A stretch of 42,821 nt of DNA from Craspedostauros australis (taxonomy: Eukaryota), in the NCBI GenBank assembly GCA_030167865.1, contig JALAGF010006348.1:1-42821 (forward strand). The letters run 5' to 3'. This document shows positions 1 through 10,499 of the stretch, in pieces; the first letter of the stretch is position 1; the number at the start of each line of letters is the position of its first letter. The notes under the pieces were generated by a model, which did not search any database, was not told the DNA's origin, and was given only the letters and a program-made list of their open reading frames with translations. A program made the translations under genes and the position numbers.

Positions 1-1
1 C

Positions 2-1585
2 TTGCTGCGCAGCGCCAAGATGCTGCTGGATATCAAGTCGTTCCTGAAGAAGAACACGAACGAGCAGATCATGTCCTTGCCGCTCATGACAGATCCGGGT
101 CAGATCTACAGCATGAGGATCGGCACCGACTTCGGCATTCGCTCCAACCTCATCCGCAAGGTGGTTCCGTACCTCTTCAATCTGTTCAGGACGATTCAGT
201 GTACCATTCGGTACGGCATCACCGAAGACGCGGCACCTGCTTTCGGGGCCTATGGTGTCATGATGGCCATGACAGGAGACCAAGCGATGGCACAACGCTG
301 TGCCGATCTTGCAACCGCAGTCATTGATAAAACCAACGGAAAGTCGAAGAGCGCGATTGTTTCCATCATCAGGACCAACTTCATCTCATCGTTCAACTCT
401 CCTTACCTAGACTTGATGCGAGAATGTCGGAAGGGGCATCACGATTCGATGGAAGTTGGGGAGTTCGAGATGGGCATCGTGAACTACCAGACCTCCGTCA
501 TGCTGGGTCTTCAGATTGGATGCTCGTTGCCCACTTTGATCAAGGCGACGCAAAGAGTGCGTCAAAAAATCGACATCCATCAAGTTCGTTCCTTGAGCAA
601 CATGGCCAGGGGCATGCATCTGCTGTTCACGTGGTTGACTGGTGATGAGCCGATTCCATGGCAAGATTTCGAGGCTGAAGCCGCACGAGGTCTCGACAAA
701 GAGTCATTGGATCCATCTGCAGTTATCGCAGATACGATGGACTTATATGCCCGAGAGTGGATCTTGATTCACCATCGGCGGTATGAAACTGCGGAACGAC
801 TCTACGATCCCTTTAATTACTTCGCTTCGAGAGATAGAGCTTACCTGATGGTTATGGCCTCACCCTTCTTTGCAGGCCTGATCGCGGCGGGAAGGTACAG
901 AGAGACAGGACGCCGCCGCCATCTGGCAACCCTGCGCAAGTCCATCAAGACCCTCCGCAACATCGGCAAGACCAGAGGAAGGAACTGGATTCACAAGGCA
1001 TTCTTGCTCGAGGCTGAAAAGCGCTCGATCACTATCAAGAACAAGCGCCATTCCAGAATCCAGAACGCGTACAACCTGGCGATCGTCACCGCCGCGCAAT
1101 CTATGTGCGTCCATGATGTAGCTCTCGCCTGTGAGCTGGCAGGCGAGCACTATGCTCAGAACGATGCCCCAGACCTGGTCAGCGACTACTTCGACAACGC
1201 TGTTGATCACTACACAGCATGGGGATGCAAGACCAAGGTGGATGACATCAAGGAACGACGTGGCCAATTCGTCACCACTCGGTACCGACATGGAAACCTC
1301 AACCCGAAGCTGGCGGAATGGACCCGCCGCAACCGCAAGCTCGATGAGCTGTATGGGATTGCATCGCCTGCGAATCTCTCTGGATTCGAGATCATACCGA
1401 AACCCGGTCCAGCCGACATGCGTTCTAGAAACAGTACGCGCAAGGGAATCGATGGCTGCACTCACGCCACAGGCTCCAAGACGTACAAGACAGACGCATT
1501 GTCCGAGGATGGCGAGGCAGAGTACGACTATGATGACATGGACGAGCACGATGACGATGTCTCGGTGCTAACGTACGGTTCTTGA
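2..1585 (+). CDS. C-terminal part (5' end outside the window) of a STAND/AAA-ATPase-associated helical-repeat protein, resembling the region upstream of GAF in bacterial multi-sensor Ser/Thr-AAA-His kinases; family expanded in diatoms
   Basis: ORF open from the window edge, 527 aa. Motifs recognised from this family: 'IMSLPLMTDP', 'TIRYGITEDAAPAFGAYG', 'NWIHKAFLLEAEK', 'AYNLAI..A', 'HDVALACELAGEHY', 'AVDHYTAWGCKTKV'. Ends in an acidic tail with no GAF or His-kinase domain. Confidence 0.75.
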   Translation: MLRSAKMLLDIKSFLKKNTNEQIMSLPLMTDPGQIYSMRIGTDFGIRSNLIRKVVPYLFNLFRTIQCTIRYGITEDAAPAFGAYGVMMAMTGDQAMAQRCADLATAVIDKTNGKSKSAIVSIIRTNFISSFNSPYLDLMRECRKGHHDSMEVGEFEMGIVNYQTSVMLGLQIGCSLPTLIKATQRVRQKIDIHQVRSLSNMARGMHLLFTWLTGDEPIPWQDFEAEAARGLDKESLDPSAVIADTMDLYAREWILIHHRRYETAERLYDPFNYFASRDRAYLMVMASPFFAGLIAAGRYRETGRRRHLATLRKSIKTLRNIGKTRGRNWIHKAFLLEAEKRSITIKNKRHSRIQNAYNLAIVTAAQSMCVHDVALACELAGEHYAQNDAPDLVSDYFDNAVDHYTAWGCKTKVDDIKERRGQFVTTRYRHGNLNPKLAEWTRRNRKLDELYGIASPANLSGFEIIPKPGPADMRSRNSTRKGIDGCTHATGSKTYKTDALSEDGEAEYDYDDMDEHDDDVSVLTYGS

Positions 1586-1951
1586 GAGCGATCTCGAGAC
1601 AGCCCGAGCAACCGAAGTGCTCGTACGAGTATGCTGCTGGCAACAATGAGCACGTTGTGACATCATCACATGCGCACAAGCGTAATTATCATTGGGCTGA
1701 GCTTTCTGTTCCACTATCGAAAGTCTGGCAACAATTTGCAAACAACAAAGCCATGCAAAATGTAATAGCATTGTACAGCAACATGTATAATCCGGTATCT
1801 GTTTCTCGAGTATTGTGGCCGCATAGTACCATTGTTTTGCTTTCACTATTTGTACACACAACCCCTACTCTACATCCACGTAATTGTATCGAGCCGGCAT
1901 CCTCCCTTCTGCGTCAAAAAGAAACGTCCGTTCATCGGATTCGGCGACCGT

Positions 1952-3760
1952 TCATGAGAAGATCATCGGATCATCACCATCCACATCATCGCTGTAGGGA
2001 TGTGTCAGCCGCATACCGTCGTCGTCGTCGTCATCATTATCATCCTGCAGCTCCTCATTCAAGGCCTGTTGGAAATCATCGTGCCTCGAGTCCAACAGGA
2101 TGACGGGCGCTTCGTGATATTCCACTTCGGCAACGCCACCAAAGAGCGTGTACCAGTTCCACCAGGCATAGAGCGTCTGGATGAGGAGTTCAACGACGAG
2201 CAGCCCCCATGTGCCGTCGCCGCGACCGCGGATGTCCCCGAAGAAGCCGCCGCCATTGGTAGACAAGGCCACAGCGTTGATGCCCCAGACCAGGATGGCG
2301 AAGAGGTGCAGGACGAACTTCTCCATGCCGCGGCTGGCGTGCTCCTTGCCCATGACGCGGTGAGAGCAGTTGAATTTGATCAAGGGCGTCAAGGCGAAGG
2401 GGAGGAGGAAGGAGAGGGAGGCGTTGACGATGTTGACCATGGCGTTGAGGTTCTTGGGGAAGAGGATGCTGACTATGACGCAGGGCGTGATGGCGATGAA
2501 TCGCGTGATGATCGCACGCCATTGCACGGGAATTTGCATCTGCAGGAATCCGTCCATGACGTACTGTCCCGTGTAGGTCGTGGTGATGGCGCTGGATTGG
2601 CCCGCCGCCAGCAGCGCGATGCCCCACAGGATACAACCGCCCTTGATGGTGGTGAAGTAATCGCAAAAGTTGGTGAGGCCCACCGTGTCGCCGGCGTCCT
2701 CGACGAAGCCGTAGACGGACTCGGCTGCGATGGCGACGACGGCCATGTTGACGAAGAAGCTGACGAGGATGGGCACGACGGGTTCCCACGACGAGTAGAG
2801 CACGGCCTGGTTGACTGCCGACGGCGCCACGGGACGTGCCTGCACTGCTGCCGTGTGGAGGTAGAGGTTGTGCGGCATGACGACGGCACCCAGAATGCCG
2901 GCGATCGCAAAGATGTCCGAGGAGTTGACCTCGGTGAAGCCGAAGAACCAGCCATCCACGACCTCCTTGATGTCGGGCTTGACCATGGCCATCTCAATCC
3001 ACAGCGCGATGCTCATGATCCCCACAAAGCCAAAGATGATGCGTTCGAGGATGTGGACGCCGAGGTTCATGGTCGCCAAGAAGATCATGGTGGTGACGAG
3101 GCTGAGGAGGACGCCGACGTAATACGGCCAACCGAAGAAGGCGTTGCAGGCAATTCCAATTCCGATGACCTCCGGCAGATCCGTCACGATGGTCGAGAGC
3201 TCCGCGACCGCCCAATTGAAGTAGCGCAGATTCCGAAAGAAGGTGGGGTTGTGATGCTCCTGTCTCTCATGCTCCTTTGACTGGGCTTGCGCCAGATTGC
3301 AGTTGCCGTAGTAGGCGAGACGAACGCAGAGGACCTGGACGTAAATCGAGAGCAGGGAGGTCCACCAGATGGCAAAGAGGAGGTAGTAGCGCGTGGTGGA
3401 ACCCGCCTGGATGTCGGCCTGGTAGTTGCCCGGATCGACGTACGCGATGCTGACGAACCAGCCGGGCCCCACAAAGTACCAGAAGTCCTTCCAGGACCAC
3501 CACGAGAGCGGATCGGTGTTGCTGGGCTTCCATTGCCTTCGAATTCCTCCGGCGCCTGTGATTTCCGTGGCCGTGGCGGTTGTTGTGCTGGGTGTATCGG
3601 CATCCGCAGGGTCGCCACGCAGATCATCATGGTGATGAGTGGGATGCGGATGGAAGTCGTCGTCATTGGTGTGCTCGAGGCCATCGATGAAGCTCTCCAC
3701 CTCCAGAGGAGGCGCCGAAGTGCGCTGCTGGCCTTTGCTGTCCGCTGCTTCCGGCGTCAT
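1952..3760 (-). CDS. NRAMP: NRAMP/MntH family divalent metal (Mn2+/Fe2+) transporter, intronless
   Basis: Signature motifs 'SIAYVDPGNYQADIQAG' (TM1), 'GAVVMPHNLYLH' (TM6) and 'AAGQSSAITTTYTGQYVMDGFL'; multiple hydrophobic helices. First ATG of the ORF is at 3760 (the ORF track starts at a GTG at 3829). Confidence 0.96.
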   Translation of the reverse strand: MTPEAADSKGQQRTSAPPLEVESFIDGLEHTNDDDFHPHPTHHHDDLRGDPADADTPSTTTATATEITGAGGIRRQWKPSNTDPLSWWSWKDFWYFVGPGWFVSIAYVDPGNYQADIQAGSTTRYYLLFAIWWTSLLSIYVQVLCVRLAYYGNCNLAQAQSKEHERQEHHNPTFFRNLRYFNWAVAELSTIVTDLPEVIGIGIACNAFFGWPYYVGVLLSLVTTMIFLATMNLGVHILERIIFGFVGIMSIALWIEMAMVKPDIKEVVDGWFFGFTEVNSSDIFAIAGILGAVVMPHNLYLHTAAVQARPVAPSAVNQAVLYSSWEPVVPILVSFFVNMAVVAIAAESVYGFVEDAGDTVGLTNFCDYFTTIKGGCILWGIALLAAGQSSAITTTYTGQYVMDGFLQMQIPVQWRAIITRFIAITPCVIVSILFPKNLNAMVNIVNASLSFLLPFALTPLIKFNCSHRVMGKEHASRGMEKFVLHLFAILVWGINAVALSTNGGGFFGDIRGRGDGTWGLLVVELLIQTLYAWWNWYTLFGGVAEVEYHEAPVILLDSRHDDFQQALNEELQDDNDDDDDDGMRLTHPYSDDVDGDDPMIFS

Positions 3761-4190
3761 GGTCGATCTTATTCTGGAGTCGGGTACTGTACTGTATTGC
3801 ACGACTATTACTCGTACGAGTGCTTGCACGTGAAGGCCTGGGAACGGTGACCTTTGTGCTCTGCTCTCTCCACGAGTATGAACGAGTACAATAGAATAGA
3901 ATATGAACGAGTATAATATGAATGAGAGGGCAGCCGGTGGGATGGATCAACTTGACGCTGCGTTGGTTCGGCCTGTCCTCCAGAACAGCGAATTCGTGGA
4001 AATGGATCTTCTTGTGGAGGTGATGGGGACAGCCGGGACGGAAATGAGTGGCGGCCGCGGCGATGGACGGTTTCGTTCTTTCTGCGTCTCTCGGCGAGAT
4101 CGTTGTGGCATCATGCGAGAGAAGTGGAGGGACCATGTTTCGTTGCGTCTTGTCATGTCTTGTTGCGTGGTGTCAAGCACAAGGGAGAGC

Positions 4191-4222
4191 AAGGGAAAAC
4201 GGCGTTTTTTTGTAAATGCGAC
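4191..4222 (+). repeat. Left terminal inverted repeat (with 2 flanking A)
   Basis: AAGGGAAAACGGCGTTTTTTT-GTAAATGCGAC: first 21 nt are the exact reverse complement of 13589-13609; 29 of 32 match 13578-13609. Confidence 0.9.
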
Positions 4223-5674
4223 TTAGAAAGAATAGAAAGTGGGTCCATTGTTGCTATTTTCCATATTTCCCTGCAGTTCGTTGGAATCAGCCATTTCGCA
4301 GGTTCTGCTGTAGCTTTCCTTGTGTATTTGCGACTTCCCTTCGACTCGGGACAACCAGTCCATCATCCATTGCGACTTCGTCCTTGGCTCGCATCCGCAC
4401 TTCACGACGGTCCTCCCTGTAGCAACTAATAATACTCCAGCCTACCATACTGACAATGCAAGTTGCTTCTCTCTTTCTCCCCATGCATGCTGTGTACAGC
4501 TCTTTTTCTGTTGTTGTTGTACCATATAGACTATAATCCATAACCATGTGCTGCAGCTGCTTTCGTACCGCCTCGTTTATTCCACATAAGCCATTTAGTG
4601 TGAACGGATAACGTTGGCAGGTCTTGCCTTACCATGTGGTTGCATGCAACTGTGTATGCCGGTACATATACAATGCACATGCAGGAGACACGTGTGGCGG
4701 CACCAGCTGCCCTTGCAGTGACTCCTGCGAGGCGTGCTGGGTGTGTGGTCACACTGGAGGATGTTGGGTGCAGATGGTGCATGGTGCAGCTATGCTGGAT
4801 GCTCTGGAGAAACTGTGGCCTCCGTATGCGGCTTGCCATGTGTCACAGCTAGCAGTCACTCTGCTCTCCTTGGCTGGGTTCCTGGTAGGTGCTGACCAAG
4901 CTTACACAGGGTGGGAATGCATAGATCTTCGAGGCAGCTCTACAAAGGCTTAGCAATCGGCATCCATGCTCTGTGGCGTGATGCCACGCTTGCCTTCTTT
5001 GTGGGGCTTGTGATTTCGGCTCGATCACTATTGTAGTGCCACCTGCTACAGTTTGTGAGTCACTCTGGCTTGCCAGTGGAAGGGTTTCTGGCGTTCCGAT
5101 GACCCAGTAGGGTTGGGACCGTGCTTTCTCCACTCCACCAACCATGCAGTCCATATCAGGCCGTCCCAGCCCAATCCTTGCCAAGACTCCTTGATGGCAT
5201 CGGTTGATATGCAGTTGCTGCCTTCTGGCGTAGTGTTGGCTTGCTTCAGGATGCAGAGAGGTTTGACAAGATGCTCGGCCCAATCTCCACGGACCTTGAT
5301 GGCCGGATGATGTGTCAGACTTGTTCGATGCAGGAGTCCAAAACTACCTGGTATTATGCATGGTTGTTGTTCTTATGTCATACAAGCTGCTTCTTCTTGT
5401 TCTTCCATGTGTTTGTCAACAACACAATCATGATTGCATACAAAGTGCTTCATGCCACTGTTGCTTCTCCTCTTCCTTGTCCTTGTCCTTGTCTTTACCT
5501 TTCGAGACCAGAATCATTCCTCCAGACCACCTTGGTTCGTCCTTGGATACGTTCTCGGTTGGTGCAGCCAACTGTAGTTTGTTTCCAGCAATTACAGTGA
5601 CAAATAGATTGAACAGTGCTTGTTGTTTCTATTCTAAAGCATCGTAGTTTCTTGCATGTGGTTATTGTTTATTC

Positions 5675-6755
5675 CTACGGTTCCACCAGAGAATCCAACC
5701 AATCATCCATCTCTTGGATGATCCCCACCGTTCGGGTGAGGTTAAACAGCTGATTCGTTTGTTTCAGTTCCAATTGCGTGATTGCAGCAACCATGTACAT
5801 TGCATACTGGTGCTTATCCAAACAGTGCCGCCATTTTTGCTTCAGGCACTTCCAGTTCTTGAACCTTTTATGTACAGCTTCATGGCATGCACGAATCATG
5901 CCATTGCATTGCATGCAATCCAAGCAGCAGTTAGGCTCACCTCTGTAACCTCAGTCCGCAACAACCTTCTTGGAAGAATCCAATGAATGTAGGAGCTTCT
6001 CTCAATAAATTCTGATGTCCGGCCACTGCCCACATGGATACGGTCCATCCACCCACACAAGGTGCCCTTTTGCAATGGAAATGCAAGCTTTGTAGCCGAG
6101 ACCCACAGCTTGGAATTTGTGGGAATACCAGCCTGGGTCATACAATGTAGGCTCTATGATGGAGAAGTCCGTGCCATCTACAGATGCCATGTTTGATGCT
6201 TCTTGTGCACATTCCATTTTCCAATCTTCAAAGCATATCTGGGATAGGATCAACACCTGGCAACATTGGAAAAGACAGAGATTGTGCGAGATACAGCATG
6301 TGGTTCATCAATTCCATTGTGTATGTTGCAGTCTGGCTGTTGATGTACTAACGTCATGCCACTTACAAGTTCACGGCTGAGGAGTCCCAATGCACAAAGA
6401 AAAATTTGTGTCCACTTCCGTACAGTTTTCACATCCTTTCCCATTTGTCCTGCCAGCACTCCCCATGTTGGATATTGTTTCAGAACATTAGAGTGCACAG
6501 CAGGTGCTCCATTGTTGCATTACAAGGCAGTAAGTCCTTCTCATTCAGTCCGTCCCATGCCATTGCCACCACTTTTGTGTGTGTTCCAAGGTTGCTTCGG
6601 ACACATGTTTGCACACTATCTGATGGTGAAGGCTGGAGTCCAGGATCAATTGCTTGTCCCAGAAGATCCATGCCCATGCATGCAATGGTTGTCTCTGTAG
6701 TCTCCAATGCCATTCTGATGTATCTTGGTATACCAACAGGATGGAGGACAAACAT
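5675..6755 (-). pseudogene. DDE-superfamily (DDE_Tnp_4 / Harbinger-IS5-like) transposase pseudogene with N-terminal HTH and one predicted intron (6239-6366)
   Basis: Reconstructed: HTH 'LLCTLMF/LKQYPTWGVLAGQMGKDVKTVRKW' (1-nt frameshift near 6483); intron GTAAGT..CCCAG; catalytic core 'ASVDGTDF..EP....GWYSHKF..GL.Y', 'WVDGPYPCGQWPDIRIY*', 'VVAD*GYRGE', 'RACHEAVHKRFKNWKCL...WRH'. In-frame TGA stops at 6002-6004 and 5951-5953. Exact start uncertain. Confidence 0.9.
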
Positions 6756-7089
6756 GTGACACCTACCAGTGAAACATCCATTTCAGCAACAGAGAGAGTA
6801 AAACAAACAGGGCAAGCGCTGCTATGGTTGATTTGTTCTGAACACACAATACCATGCACAATTTAGCATGTTGTTTGGCTCGTTTCCCTTTGCTGTCCGT
6901 GTCAGTTTGAACTGGCACAAAACGACCTGCATACACAGACACAGAGGAGGATTGGACATGTTGTGATTGATTGTGCCCGTGCAATTCTGTACGTGGGTCG
7001 CATGTCTGTGCAGTATTGCTGAAACAAACCAGGTATGGAGTCATGGCACACAGGGTCAATCAATCATACTGAGTAGTCACATGTGCAAC

Positions 7090-8180
7090 ATCAACAAGTA
7101 CGGACAGACAGGCTAAATCGTAACAAACCAAAACTACCGGTACACACAGACACGGACAAAGAGCAGGAGGACTGTGTCTGATGGTGTGCGATCGACGTTG
7201 TTGTTATCGTGCGTGTCATGTCTGTCATGTAGACCAAAACGGTCGCAACAAACAGGGCTGATCGTACCGACCTGTCAGACGCGCGGCATCAGCAAACACA
7301 GACAGACAGGCTACATCACAACGAACCAAAAAGACTAGTACACACGGACACGGACACGGACACGGACACGGACACGGACACGGAAACAGACGAAGATCAG
7401 GAGGACCGTGTCTGATGGTGTGCGATCGATGTTGCGCGAGCGATGGTTTTGTTTCGTGCGTGTCGTGTCTGTCGTGTAGACCAGTACCGTCGCAACAAAC
7501 AGGGGTGATCGTACCGAGTTGTCAGGAGCCCAACATCAGCAAGCACAGACAGCCTAAATCGTAACGGACGAAAGAGACCGGCACACACAGACTGATGGCA
7601 CGCGTTCAATGTTGCGCGCGTGATGTTGTTGTTATCGTGCGTGTCGTGTCGTGTCTGTCATGTCCGTGCAGCACCGTCGCAACAAGCAAGGCTTTTTGTA
7701 CCGAGTTGTCAGAAGCGCAACATCGGCAAGCACAGACAGCCGAAACCGTAACGAACGAATAGGACTGGCACACACAGACACAGACGAGGACCGTGTCTGA
7801 TGGTACGCGTCCGATGTTGTTGTTATCGTGCGTGTCGTTTCGTGTCTGTCATGTCCGTGCAGTACCGTCGCAACAAACAGGGGGCTTATCGAACCGAGTT
7901 GTCAGACGTGCAACATCAGCAAGCACAGACAGCCGAAACCGTAACGAACCAAAAAGACTGGCACACGCAGACACAGACGAGGACCGTGTTTGATGGCATG
8001 CGTTCAATGTTGTTGTTATCGCGTGTGTCGTTTCGTGTCTGTCGTGTCCGTGCAGTACCGTCGCAACAAGCAAGGCTTATCGTACCGAGTTGTCAGACGC
8101 GCAACATCAGCAAGGCACAGACAAGCTAAATCGTAACGAACGAAAAAGACCCAACACACACAGACACGGACGAAGACCGG
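7090..8180. repeat. Tandem array A, about 5.5 diverged units of ~190-235 bp
   Basis: Anchor GAGGACCGTGTCTGATGG (or variants) recurs near 7167, 7401, 7590 (partial), 7786, 7979 and 8170; each unit also carries CGTCGCAACAA, TACCGAGTTGTCAG and CATCAGCAAGCACAGAC. Confidence 0.92.
7343..7385 (+). repeat. (CACGGA)n microsatellite inside array A
   Basis: About 7 consecutive CACGGA hexamers read directly. Confidence 0.9.
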
Positions 8181-8739
8181 GAGTGCTTTGTCGTGCAAAT
8201 TTCGGCTGTGACTGTTTCACTCGGACATTTGCACCGCTTTTTCCATCTCACCCTCGAATCGTGGAACATGTTCTCATTTGTGCCTTTTTTTCTGCGTTGG
8301 CCACACCGAAACAGTGTTTCCACTGCGTCGCCTTTGGCGCATTCGCCCAACATGTTGGTCGGTTTGCACGTACGCTGCAGTTTTGAACCGTTTGCGCCCC
8401 AAGGCGCGATGTGCCACGGATGTCATTGTGGTTGTTGCAGTTCCGAATAAGCAGTTTCAGAATGAACGGTTCAAGCAGCAACATTCGGGCATTTGTTAGC
8501 CCCTTTCTATACCGATTAATGTGATTTGGAGACTAATTAATGCCTTCATGTTCATCTTGACAAAAAACAGCATTACTTAGACCCATTATTGTCGCTTGTT
8601 GTGCGGCTTGTGACAATATCAGCGCTATCAACGTCATGGAAAGTGTCATTTTGGACCAAAATGTCGCCTTTTGGGGTCTCGGTGGCGCTATTTAGTGTGT
8701 GATGTAGTGCGACATGGTTGCGACCATTCCAACTAGGGC

Positions 8740-10010
8740 GTGTTCGACAACACGAACGGACTGTCCGATCCCGCCAGGTCTTTTTACGACATTCCAAGTC
8801 ACTGGCGAACACTGCTGAGGAATGTGACATTGCGATTCGCTCGGTTTCGACTCACCAAGTGGTATTCGACTGTACTGGCAAATTGTCCGATACTGCCTGG
8901 TCTGTTCGCAACATTCCAAGTCACCGGCAAACACCGCTGTGGAATGCGAAGTTGCGCTTTGCTCGTTCTCCACTCTACAGGTTGTATTCGACCGTACCGG
9001 CAAATTGTTCGATACTGCCTGGTCTGTTCGCAACATTCCAAGTCACCAGCAAACACTGCTGTGGAATGCGACATTGCAATTTGCTCGTTCTCGACTCCAC
9101 AGGTTGTATTCGGCCATACCGGCCAATTGTCCGATACTGCCTGGTCTGTTCGCAACATTTCAAGTCACCGGCAAACACTGCTGCAGGATGCGACATTGCA
9201 ATTTGCTCGTTCTCGACTCCACAGGTTGTATTCGGCCGTACCGGCAAATTGTCCGATACTACCTGGTCTGTTCGCGACGTTCCGTGCCATTCGCACCCAA
9301 TACTACAGGATGCGACATTGCAATTTGCTCGTTCTCGACTCCACAGGTTGTATTCGGCCATACCAGCTAATTGTCCGATACTGCATGGTCTGTTCGCAAC
9401 ATTTCAAGTCACCGGCAAACACTGCTGCAGGATGAGACATTGCAATTTGCTCGTTCTTGACTCACCAGGTCATATTCGACCACACCAGCCAATTGGCCAA
9501 TACTGCATGATCGGTTTGCAACGTTCCGTGCCATTCACACCCAATACTCCAGGATGCGACATTGCAATTTGCTCGTTCTTGAATCACCAGGTTGTATTCG
9601 ACCACTCTAATAGATTTTCCGATACTACATGGTCTGTTTGCGACATTCCGTGCCATTCACACCCAATGCTGCAGGATGCGACATTGCGATTTGCTCGTTC
9701 TTGACTCACCAGGTTGTATTCGACCACTCCAATAGATTTTCCAATACNNNNNNNNNNNNNNNNNNNNNNNNNNNNNNNNNNNNNNNNNNNNNNNNNNACT
9801 CACCAACCTACTGCACTACCACGGATTGATCACCCTTCGGCGTACAGTAAGTTACCCTCGTTTTCTATATCGTTCTATCAATGCTGCAGGATGCGACATT
9901 GCGATTTGCTCGTTCTTGACTCACCAGGTTGTATTCGACCACTCCAATAGATTTTCCAATACTTCATGGTCTGTTGGCGACATTCCAAGTCATTCACCAC
10001 CAATGGTTTG
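8740..10010. repeat. Tandem array B, 122-bp period, at least 9 units, interrupted by an assembly gap
   Basis: The CCGATAC anchor (or variant) occurs at 8765, 8887, 9009, 9131, 9253, 9375, 9497, 9619 and 9741 (exact 122-bp steps), and again after the gap near 9956. Confidence 0.95.
9748..9797. other. Assembly gap (50 N)
   Basis: Run of 50 N inside array B. Confidence 1.
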
Positions 10011-10324
10011 GAGTGCGAAGTTGCGATGCATTGGGGCCAGCTTCTATTGGTCCACATAGCCACATGGGAAGGTATTGGCATTGTGGCAGAACTCAAGACC
10101 GTGCTGGTTTGTTTTTNCATGAGGTAAGAATGGGAGAAACCAAACACCCTGCACCAGCGTACCTGTATGGACCATGACGCCTACAGAGAGAGAAGTGTTC
10201 GAAAATGACAGCAACATCCGCATCATCAACCCAAATGTCCACATGTTCCGCCCAAAACAAATCAAGTTTGCCATACAATAAAAAATGCAACACTCACACG
10301 CACATCCACACATCAACCCATCAA

Positions 10325-10415
10325 CACATTTGCACATTAGTACATCAGCACATTGGTACATCAGCACATTGATACATCAGCACATTGGTGCATCAACACT
10401 TGTGCACATTGGCAC
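10325..10415 (+). repeat. Short minisatellite, ~16-bp unit TACATCAGCACATTGG, 4-5 imperfect copies
   Basis: tacatcagcacattgg-tacatcagcacattga-tacatcagcacattgg-tgcatcaacacttg read directly from 10341. Confidence 0.8.
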
Positions 10416-10499
10416 ATCCACACGTCCACGCATCCACGCATCAACACATCAACACATAGAACCAACAATTCAACAGCACAACATTGCAGACACTCCACA

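Noticed and set aside
2000..3280. 426-aa + strand ORF
   Set aside because: Antisense shadow of NRAMP caused by GC-rich third codon positions.
8718..9704. 328-aa and 231-aa ORFs across array B
   Set aside because: The 122-bp period is not a multiple of 3, so the same peptides rotate through all frames; by-product of the repeat.
8740..10010. Array B (or array A) as a CRISPR array
   Set aside because: Whole units are homologous end to end with no unique spacers, there are no cas genes and the context is eukaryotic.
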